Virus record (IMG/VR): IMGVR_UViG_2579778650_000007
Span: 1-4,832 of that record
Length of the DNA: 4,832 bases
Direction: 5' to 3' (one strand)
From: a virus
Taxonomy: Duplodnaviria; Heunggongvirae; Uroviricota; Caudoviricetes
Shown: in pieces, positions 1 through 4,832 of the stretch
How the letters are laid out: the number at the start of each line of letters is the position of its first letter
How positions within the stretch are numbered: position 1 is the stretch's first letter
Program-made: the position numbers and the translations under genes
Notes under the pieces: model-generated
Databases searched by the model: none
What the model was told of the DNA's origin: nothing
The model's input: only the letters and a program-made list of their open reading frames with translations

Positions 1-295
1 CGGTATCGTGGCAACGGCGGATGATGCGGACGCGAAGCTGTTCCCGCTGAACAAGCCCACACTGCTGACCCGCGTCAATGACGTGCTGGGAAAATGCGGA
101 ACAACGGGGACGCTTTATCGTGCGCTTAAGGCCATCGCAGACCAGGTGAGCACAAAGGTGATCGTCGTTCGCGTGGCTGAACACAAAGAAGAAGACGGAA
201 ATGGCAGTATATCGGGGCAGGCGATGATCGCATCGTGCTTTCTGGTGTGCTTTATCCTGAAATCACAGGTGGCGAAGTGTCGCTGTCGCTGCTGA
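1..295 (+). pseudogene. 5' fragment of a P2 gpFI-like tail sheath gene (frame 2, open to the window start; the true start lies upstream of the window). Sheath similarity ends near 200, after which the frame runs about 30 unrelated codons to a stop at 293-295.
   Basis: Frame-2 translation GIVATADDADAKLFPLNKPTLLTRVNDVLGKCGTTGTLYRALKAIADQVSTKVIVVRVAEHKEEDGNG resembles the N-terminal region of P2 tail sheath FI as I recall it (..DADAETFPLNKPVLITNV..GTL..LQAIADQ..). Only about 70 aa of a roughly 390-aa protein family are present. No search was run. Confidence 0.55.
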
Positions 296-573
296 CCACG
301 CAGGCGTATACAGGACGCCCCTGGCCTCTGATTGATGGCGTCGGACAGATTTACGGCATGTATGTACTGACTGAAACGAATACGACCCGCTCCGAGTTTG
401 ATCGCTACGGTAAGGCGAAAAAGATAGAATTTTCACTGACACTTGAACGCTGTGATGAGGATTTGCGGGAGCGCCTGCAATCCTCATCGTTCAGTGATAT
501 GCTGTCCGGCTTCAAAGATAAGGTCACATCATCCCTTAACAGCGCGGCCAGCTCCGTTAAAGGGCTGTTTTGA
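199..573 (+). pseudogene. 3' portion of a P2 gpU-like tail protein gene (frame 1). There is no in-frame ATG; the ORF track starts it at GTG 235, but the similarity begins upstream at about 199-205. It is joined out of frame to the sheath fragment.
   Basis: Frame-1 translation KWQYIGAGDDRIVLSGVLYPEITGG..WPLIDGVGQIYGMYVLTE..KKIEFSLTLERCDE matches my recollection of P2 gpU (..FQFLGVGEENITLAGVLYPELTGG..WPLLDGTGMIYGMYVI..RKIDFTLSLTRVDE). Frame 1 has stops at 178-180 and further upstream, so the N-terminal ~37 codons of a gpU are missing. Confidence 0.5.
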
Positions 574-580
574 TTAACGC

Positions 581-610
581 AAAACCGCTAATGGTCAGAT
601 TAGCGGTTTT
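581..610. terminator. Bidirectional intrinsic terminator between the convergent gpU-fragment and invertase genes
   Basis: Perfect inverted repeat AAAACCGCTAAT (581-592), loop GGTCAG, ATTAGCGGTTTT (599-610). It is followed by a T-rich run on the plus strand (CATTTTCC), and the stem itself ends in TTTT on either strand. The invertase stop codon (600-602, minus) lies inside the stem. Confidence 0.55.
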
Positions 611-1199
611 CATTTTCCTGAGTCTGCCTGGTTGTTTCTTCAGCCTGTATATCGCCTACAGGGTGATAACGATAAATCGTCGATATGCCGATGTCGTAAA
701 TGATCGCCAGTTGTTTCCTGTCATGACCGTTTTTAATCAGCCTCGCTATTTGCTCGTGTTGTTCTTTTGTCAACTTCGGGCGACGTCCGCCAATGCGTCC
801 TTGTGCGCGTGCTGCTGCCAGCCCGGCCAGTGTACGCTCTACAATTAATTCACGTTCCATTTCGGCTAAAGCTCCCATGACGTGAAAAAAGAAACGCCCC
901 ATGGGTGTTGATGTGTCAATGCTGTCCGTTAGACTACGGAAATTAACACCTTTTTCCCGCAATTCCTCAATAAGCGTGATCAGGTGTTTCATACTTCTGC
1001 CCAGTCTGTCCAGCTTCCAGACAACCAGCGTATCTCCTTCTGATAGCGTTCTGAGCAGTTTTTTCAATCCCGGTCTGGCTGATTTCGTTCCGCTGATTTT
1101 ATCTTCAAAAATCAGTTCACATCCTGCGCACTCCAGCGCGTTACGCTGCAATTCTGTATTCTGGTCATTTGTTGATACGCGGACATAGCCAATAAGCAT
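600..1199 (-). CDS. Serine-recombinase DNA invertase of the Gin/Pin/Cin/Hin family (199 aa)
   Basis: N-terminus MLIGYVRVSTNDQNTELQRNALECAGCELIFEDKISG..TLVVWKLDRLGRSMKHL..GVNFRSLTDSIDTSTPMGRFFFHVMGALAEMERELIVERT is near-identical to the resolvase/invertase catalytic domain, with the catalytic Ser at position 9. The C-terminus (GRRPKLTKEQHEQIARLIKNGHDRKQLAIIYDIGISTIYRY) is the HTH DNA-binding domain. A possible Shine-Dalgarno (AGGGGA) lies upstream of the ATG at 1197-1199. Confidence 0.93.
   Translation of the reverse strand: MLIGYVRVSTNDQNTELQRNALECAGCELIFEDKISGTKSARPGLKKLLRTLSEGDTLVVWKLDRLGRSMKHLITLIEELREKGVNFRSLTDSIDTSTPMGRFFFHVMGALAEMERELIVERTLAGLAAARAQGRIGGRRPKLTKEQHEQIARLIKNGHDRKQLAIIYDIGISTIYRYHPVGDIQAEETTRQTQENENR
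1125..1180. promoter_or_regulatory. Predicted Fis-dependent recombinational enhancer (sis-like) inside the 5' coding region of the invertase gene
   Basis: Placed by analogy only. In the Hin, Gin and Cin systems the enhancer lies within the first ~100-170 bp of the invertase gene. The minus-strand sequence here (GTATCAACAAATGACCAGAATACAGAATTGCAGCGTAACGCGCTGGAG) closely parallels the hin enhancer region as I recall it. Fis sites were not individually resolved. Confidence 0.3.
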
Positions 1200-1226
1200 G
1201 ATGGATCCCCTGAATAAAAACCGGGG

Positions 1227-1625
1227 ATGATGCCAGTTAGCCGTAATCTCTGCATTTTCTTAAACGTTGGTTTAGGAGAAGCGGCAAAACGGAATGTGGG
1301 CACAGGAGATAATCAGATACCGGATATGGGAGCATTCGCTTCTGGTTCGGGATGGTTCAGGCTACCAGGTGGATATATTGTTCAGTTTGGCACTTTTGCA
1401 GGAAACACGACCCGCTTTATCAGTGGACACTTCCCTATACCATTCCCTAATCAGCCGATGGTTTCAGTCAGTGTTATGTCTGATGCCGTTCAGTCAGACC
1501 CGTCGATTCCTGCCCCGCAGGTTTTGTCTGTAAATTTTGAACATATCAGTAATTCAGCGTGGCGTGTGGCAACCAGTGATATCTCACAGCAATACAGATT
1601 CAGTTATATTTCGATAGGACGGTAG
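1227..1625 (+). CDS. Alternative tail-fibre C-terminal cassette (Sv'-like), silent in the present orientation. The functional part is 1281..1625 (114 aa after the shared GLGE); the ATG at 1227 probably only opens the frame.
   Basis: The translation carries ..NVGLGE immediately followed by a divergent C-terminal domain (AAKRNVGTGDNQ..YRFSYISIGR). GLGE is encoded exactly on the crossover site and is shared with the tail fibre at aa 379-382. The stop at 1623-1625 is 2 nt before the start of the downstream chaperone gene. Confidence 0.7.
   Translation: MMPVSRNLCIFLNVGLGEAAKRNVGTGDNQIPDMGAFASGSGWFRLPGGYIVQFGTFAGNTTRFISGHFPIPFPNQPMVSVSVMSDAVQSDPSIPAPQVLSVNFEHISNSAWRVATSDISQQYRFSYISIGR
1255..1280. 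other. Invertase crossover site, invertase-proximal (gix/pix-like, 26 bp, central dinucleotide TT at 1267-1268)
   Basis: TTTTCTTAAACG TT GGTTTAGGAGAA. The inner half-site (rc TTCTCCTAAACC) fits the invertase half-site consensus TTATCnAAAACC. It lies about 55 bp upstream of the invertase start and overlaps the codons V-G-L-G-E of the plus-strand cassette. Confidence 0.75.
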
Positions 1626-1627
1626 AA

Positions 1628-2068
1628 ATGCAGAAATATATTTTCAGTGCCGATAAAAATGCGTTTTTCCCTGTGGAGCTTAAAATCGCTTATCAGGAAT
1701 CCGGCGAATGGCCCGATGATGGAATCGAAATTGACGACACTGTTGCTGCCGAATTTATGAAGGAAGCACCAGAAGGAAAATACAGAGGTGTCATCGACGG
1801 AATGCCTGCATGGATTGATATTCCACCGCCAACTCATGAGGAACAAATTGCCGCAGCCGAACTGAAAAAGCAGCAATTGATTAATCAGGTCAACGAATAC
1901 ATAAACAGTAAGCAATGGCCTGGTAAAGCGGCGATTGGTCGCCTGAAAGGTGAGGAACTGGTGCAATATAATTTGTGGCTGGATTATCTGGACGCACTGG
2001 AACTGGTCGATACTTCCGGTGCGCCAGATATTGAATGGCCTACGCCTCCGGCAGTTCAGGCCAGATGA
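1628..2068 (+). CDS. Tail-fibre assembly chaperone (Tfa/gpG/U'-like, 146 aa), cognate to the alternative cassette
   Basis: ATG at 1628 preceded by AGGACGG. The C-terminus VDTSGAPDIEWPTPP has the conserved Tfa motif DTSxAPDIEWP. It lies inside the invertible segment and is co-oriented with the alternative cassette. Confidence 0.85.
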   Translation: MQKYIFSADKNAFFPVELKIAYQESGEWPDDGIEIDDTVAAEFMKEAPEGKYRGVIDGMPAWIDIPPPTHEEQIAAAELKKQQLINQVNEYINSKQWPGKAAIGRLKGEELVQYNLWLDYLDALELVDTSGAPDIEWPTPPAVQAR

Positions 2069-2633
2069 CATCCGGTGCGGTGCTGGTATCTGTTGCCGTC
2101 ACCGCGTCAATATAATCCAGCACAGCGTTAAGTCGGGTGTTTTCTGGCTGCGTCAGCTTCCGCACGGCCTGTAATTTCAGTTGAATCAGACTGATGGAAG
2201 CCATTGCAGCATCAATCAGCGACTGGCGCTTTACTTCTGCCGCGTCTAGTGCGGCGCTATGCTGTGCCTCGGTATCCGTCACCCATTTCTCACCATCCCA
2301 TTTATCGTATGGCGTTAACGGTGAAAGCGTGACATAACCGTCTTTGATGGCACCGATATAATCCACTGTAACAGCTGCGCCATTTTCGATTGAGTAAACA
2401 GTCTCATTGCGGTGGTCTTCTTCATGGCTCCATCCCTTACCCGTAAATACTGCCACTCTTCCCGGAATGTATTCGCCCGGGTCAATACCAGTGGAACAAG
2501 CGGGCATACTTACGCCAGTATTAATATATTCATCAGACCAGCCAGTATATTCATACGTAACTGCCTCATAATAAAAACAACGCATATTACCCGGTACTGT
2601 AGCCAGCCCATTTTCATCAAAAACAGGTTTCAT
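2040..2633 (-). CDS. Tail-fibre assembly chaperone (Tfa/P2 gpG/Mu U-like, 197 aa), cognate to the currently expressed fibre tip
   Basis: The C-terminus VTATDTSTAPDVIWPELPEA has the Tfa motif. Its start codon overlaps the tail-fibre stop (TAATG at 2631-2635 on the minus strand), suggesting translational coupling. The central part (GKGWSHEEDHRNETVY..DKWDGEKWVTDTEAQ) resembles lambda/P2-type Tfa proteins. Confidence 0.88.
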   Translation of the reverse strand: MKPVFDENGLATVPGNMRCFYYEAVTYEYTGWSDEYINTGVSMPACSTGIDPGEYIPGRVAVFTGKGWSHEEDHRNETVYSIENGAAVTVDYIGAIKDGYVTLSPLTPYDKWDGEKWVTDTEAQHSAALDAAEVKRQSLIDAAMASISLIQLKLQAVRKLTQPENTRLNAVLDYIDAVTATDTSTAPDVIWPELPEA

Positions 2634-4297
2634 TATTTAGCCCTCACTAGAAAGTTAAATGCAATATTTCGTGGGCGGGTTTCTGTACCTACATTTCCAC
2701 TAATTTCACCATAACGTTTAACGCTACGAGAGCTAATAGCTCGTAGTGAGGAAGGCACCCTAAGACCGGGTTCGTCCGTTTTAACTATTCCCCCGTCACC
2801 ATATGTAGCCAGTATTCCTGGGTTGACTCCTTCCCGTGTACTTCCTGCGACAAGCCCGTCCCCCGTCCACAATTCCATATTGTGTGCATGATCCATAATT
2901 GTGTGTGATTGCCCTGAAAGTAGGGTACGTCCGACATCAATCCCGCGTCCGTCATCCCAGATACGAATGAAATCACCGCGTGCGTCAGGTAATGCCAGCG
3001 CCGGAAACACTTTCGCCAGCACAGGGTAATCAGTGGCAGAGAATTTCGCGCCGTTGAACTTCAAAAACACCATGCTGGACCAGCTATCGATTACGGTATC
3101 TGGCATTGCTGCGGACGGCCAGAAGAACGGAACGCCAATAGCTGGAGCACCTTCTCCCAAACCAAGGTAATCAAGAACTCCCTGAGTGCTGGTTTTACCA
3201 AGAATGGCACGTCCAACACTTGTCAACGCGGTTAACGCGGCACGATCTGCCCCTGTAAAATATGGGAGTTTATCTGCTGATGTAGCAAGCTCCGCCAGCG
3301 CCGTCAGGGTGGCATCCTTCGGTTGCTTACCCGCAAGCGCGTTAGTCATGGTGGTCGCAAAATTCGGGTCATTGCCCAGCGCCGCAGCCAGTTCGTTCAG
3401 CGTGTTCAGTGCATCAGGTGACGAATCTACAAGTGCGGCAATCGCAGCCATAACGAAAGCCGTGCTTGCGATCTGGGTACTATTAGTCCCCTGTGGCGCT
3501 GTTGGTGTTGTTGGCGTTCCGGTCAGTGCCGGGCTGTTTAATGGTGCTTTCTTGTTCGTTTCATCCATTACCGCCTTAACAGCTTTTGGTGTCGCTGCCA
3601 GCGTTTCAGACGTGCTGTTCGTGGCGCTACTGAGCTGAACAATCCCTTTTTGTGTAGTGGTGGCGTTCTGGGCGGTATATTTCCCGTTAGCCAGGTCATA
3701 TGCAGCCTTAACCGCTTTCGGTGTTGCGGCCAGTGTTTCTGATTCACTGTTAATTGCACTGCTTAACTGAGTAAAACCTTTTACGGTCAGCGAGGCGTCC
3801 GGGTGACGTCGTGACTGTTCGTGCTCTGATATTTTATCATCCACATATTTGCGGGTTGCCAGAACCACAGACGGGTCGATTTTCAGCGTGATAGCTTCGG
3901 TGTTCGTGACAACCAGAATCATGCGGATAGTCTGGGTGCGTCCACTGCCTTCCTGCAACTGCGGTTTGTACGTTTCCGGGCAGTTTGCCACCGCAATGAG
4001 TACACCTTCATCATCATAAAGACCAATCTCACGGATCCAGAATCCTCCCTCGTTTTCAGGGATGATTTGCTCCGCAATAATCTGGCTCTGATTGTTAGGG
4101 TCAACACTCAGAAGATTCAGCGGTGCAATGCGTTTCTGGTTAATCAGTTTTGTTTGTGCAGGGTCTGGTGTTGGTAACACACCATTTGCATCACCAACGG
4201 CCATTTGCGTCAGATTCAGCTTACTGCCGAGCATCGTCGCGTTAGCCAGTCGTGCCGCGCCCTGATTAGTCAGAATGGCGTAGTATTTCACTGTCAT
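2633..4297 (-). CDS. Tail fibre protein, P2 gpH-like (554 aa): constant N-terminal part aa 1-382 (coded at 3152..4297), variable C-terminal receptor-binding part aa 383-554 (coded at 2636..3151, inside the invertible segment)
   Basis: N-terminus (..MAVGDANGVLPTPDP..GGFWIREIGLYDDEGVLIAVAN..YKPQLQEGSGR) and the paired shaft repeats QLSSA(I/T)NS(E/T)SETLAATPKAVKA match my recollection of P2 gpH. The start overlaps the gpI-like stop (ATGA at 4294-4297). Confidence 0.93.
   Translation of the reverse strand: MTVKYYAILTNQGAARLANATMLGSKLNLTQMAVGDANGVLPTPDPAQTKLINQKRIAPLNLLSVDPNNQSQIIAEQIIPENEGGFWIREIGLYDDEGVLIAVANCPETYKPQLQEGSGRTQTIRMILVVTNTEAITLKIDPSVVLATRKYVDDKISEHEQSRRHPDASLTVKGFTQLSSAINSESETLAATPKAVKAAYDLANGKYTAQNATTTQKGIVQLSSATNSTSETLAATPKAVKAVMDETNKKAPLNSPALTGTPTTPTAPQGTNSTQIASTAFVMAAIAALVDSSPDALNTLNELAAALGNDPNFATTMTNALAGKQPKDATLTALAELATSADKLPYFTGADRAALTALTSVGRAILGKTSTQGVLDYLGLGEGAPAIGVPFFWPSAAMPDTVIDSWSSMVFLKFNGAKFSATDYPVLAKVFPALALPDARGDFIRIWDDGRGIDVGRTLLSGQSHTIMDHAHNMELWTGDGLVAGSTREGVNPGILATYGDGGIVKTDEPGLRVPSSLRAISSRSVKRYGEISGNVGTETRPRNIAFNFLVRAK
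3152..3177. other. Invertase crossover site, distal (gix/pix-like, 26 bp, central AA at 3164-3165), located inside the tail-fibre gene
   Basis: TTCTCCCAAACC AA GGTAATCAAGAA. Positions 3152-3165 match the reverse complement of 1267-1280 at 13 of 14 positions. The site encodes L-G-L-G-E (aa 378-382) of the fibre. Confidence 0.75.
3572..3772. repeat. Tandem direct repeat (two copies of about 69 bp, 132 bp apart) encoding the fibre shaft repeat QLSSAxNSxSETLAATPKAVKA
   Basis: 3704-3772 and 3572-3640 encode aa 176-198 and aa 220-242 of the tail fibre and are visibly similar at the DNA level (GCCTTAAC.GCTTT.GGTGT.GC.GCCAG.GTTTC.GA..). Confidence 0.6.
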
Positions 4298-4832
4298 GCG
4301 TTTACTCTCAGATTATCAATTAAATGAATGGCCGGGGCAGGGAAATAATCCCCTTCGACAATAATGGACTCCGGGGTGTAGGGATAAACCGTCAGGGCAT
4401 CGCCGTGATAGCATCCCGTACCAACGAAAATCTTTCCGTTCACACTCAGGCTGATCGCCAGCCCCGTCAGATGGCGACTTACTGGTTTTGCATCCGCAAT
4501 AAGGCGCTCAAGTTCCTGATACATTTCATCGGTGATGCCCTGATCAAGTACTCCGACAACAATGCGAAATGTTCCCGGCTCCTCGTTGAGTTGCCACCAC
4601 TCCTTTACTTCAATCAGGTAGCCGAGAGGCTCCACGGCTCTTCGCAGTGCGCTGATGGTCCCTTTGTGTCGGTGTATCAGCCATGCATCACGAATCACCT
4701 GTCGCTTTGTCTCTTCCGGCCAGTTGCGATCCCAGTGGTCAACGGAAAATGCCCAGGCGAGATAAGGCAGCAGATGCACCGGGCAGGTGTCCGGCGACCA
4801 CAGCGTGTTGAGGTCTACCGGGATGTCTGTAA
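4294..4832 (-). CDS. Baseplate protein, P2 gpI-like; 5'-partial, the gene continues beyond the window end
   Basis: The frame is open from 4832 with no stop. The translation ..IPVDLNTLWSPDTCPVHLLPYLAWAFSVDHWDRNWPEETKRQVIRDAWLIHRHKGTISALRRAVEPLGYLIEVKEWW.. matches my recollection of P2 gpI (..LLPWLAWAFSVDRWDEKWPEATKRAVIRDAYFIHCHKGTIGAIRRVVEPLGYLINVTEWW..). The GTG at 4779 used by the ORF track is internal. Confidence 0.88.
   Translation of the reverse strand, partial: TDIPVDLNTLWSPDTCPVHLLPYLAWAFSVDHWDRNWPEETKRQVIRDAWLIHRHKGTISALRRAVEPLGYLIEVKEWWQLNEEPGTFRIVVGVLDQGITDEMYQELERLIADAKPVSRHLTGLAISLSVNGKIFVGTGCYHGDALTVYPYTPESIIVEGDYFPAPAIHLIDNLRVNA

Larger units (their letters stand above)
1255..3177. 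mobile_element. Invertible DNA segment (Mu G-segment / P1 C-segment / e14 P-region type), about 1.9 kb, carrying two variable fibre tips and two chaperone genes
   Basis: Inverted crossover sites at both ends, an adjacent serine invertase, and convergent gene pairs in the order Sv'-U'-U-Sv. Reverse-complementing 1269..3163 keeps the fibre reading frame and joins the constant part to the alternative cassette. Confidence 0.75.

Noticed and set aside
263-487. Minus-strand ORF 263..487 (74 aa)
   Set aside because: Antisense to the gpU-like fragment, with no start context and no recognisable similarity.
581-610. Hairpin AAAACC..GGTTTT considered as a recombination site
   Set aside because: The AAACC and GGTTT elements are separated by 18 bp rather than the 2-bp crossover spacer, and the rest is a perfect palindrome, so it fits a terminator better.
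570-1188. Plus-strand ORFs 570..848 and 901..1188
   Set aside because: Both are entirely antisense to the strongly supported invertase gene, have no recognisable domains and are Cys/Leu-rich, low-complexity translations; they are shadow ORFs.
1207-1226. CCCC...GGGG inverted repeat between the invertase start and the alternative cassette
   Set aside because: Only a 4-bp stem with a 12-nt loop, too weak for a terminator. It more likely overlaps the invertase ribosome-binding site.
1112-1533. ORFs 1112..1303 (minus) and 1294..1533 (plus)
   Set aside because: They span the invertase start and crossover site, or sit out of frame within the alternative fibre cassette. No supporting similarity.
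1604-2174. ORFs 1604..2071 (minus, 155 aa) and 1950..2174 (plus)
   Set aside because: They lie antisense to, or out of frame with, the two chaperone genes, which have conserved Tfa C-terminal motifs. They are frame shadows.
2609-2634. Possible third crossover-like site (TTCATCAAAAAC AG GTTTCATTATTT) at the fibre/chaperone junction
   Set aside because: Only the left half loosely resembles the invertase half-site; the right half does not, and the GGTTT core is displaced. Probably coincidental A/T-rich sequence around the start codon.
2412-4107. ORFs 2412..2714, 2785..2976, 3186..3638, 3568..3759 and 3919..4107
   Set aside because: All are nested within, or antisense to, the 554-aa tail-fibre or chaperone genes. 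The 3186..3638 translation is an Ala/Ser/Val-rich mirror of the fibre shaft repeats.
1-4832. CRISPR array, tRNA or rRNA, or insertion-sequence terminal repeats
   Set aside because: No regularly spaced direct repeats, no cloverleaf-like segments and no transposase-like ORFs were seen. The only mobile feature is the invertible segment.

Overview
This window is a tail-fibre segment of a P2-like (Peduovirus-type) prophage from an enterobacterium, containing a complete Gin/Pin/Hin-type invertible host-range switch. All calls rest on reading the six-frame translations and on recalled family similarity; no database search was run. Minus strand, right to left: the 3' part of a gpI-like baseplate gene (4294..>4832), a gpH-like tail fibre (2633..4297), and its tail-fibre assembly chaperone (2040..2633). 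Plus strand, inside the same segment: a second chaperone gene (1628..2068) and a promoterless alternative tail-fibre C-terminal cassette (1281..1625). A serine DNA invertase (600..1199, minus) sits just outside the segment. Two 26-bp crossover sites in inverted orientation (1255..1280 and 3152..3177) bracket a roughly 1.9-kb invertible segment, and both lie on the codons for the shared motif GLGE. Inverting it in silico swaps the 172-aa fibre tip for a 114-aa alternative in frame. Left of the invertase, behind a perfect 12-bp hairpin terminator (581..610), is what looks like a decayed tail-gene remnant: the 5' end of a tail-sheath (FI-like) gene fused out of frame to the 3' part of a gpU-like gene. 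I did not find anything that clearly represents an undescribed system; the switch is a known class, and its context (P2-like fibre, truncated tail module) is the most notable aspect.
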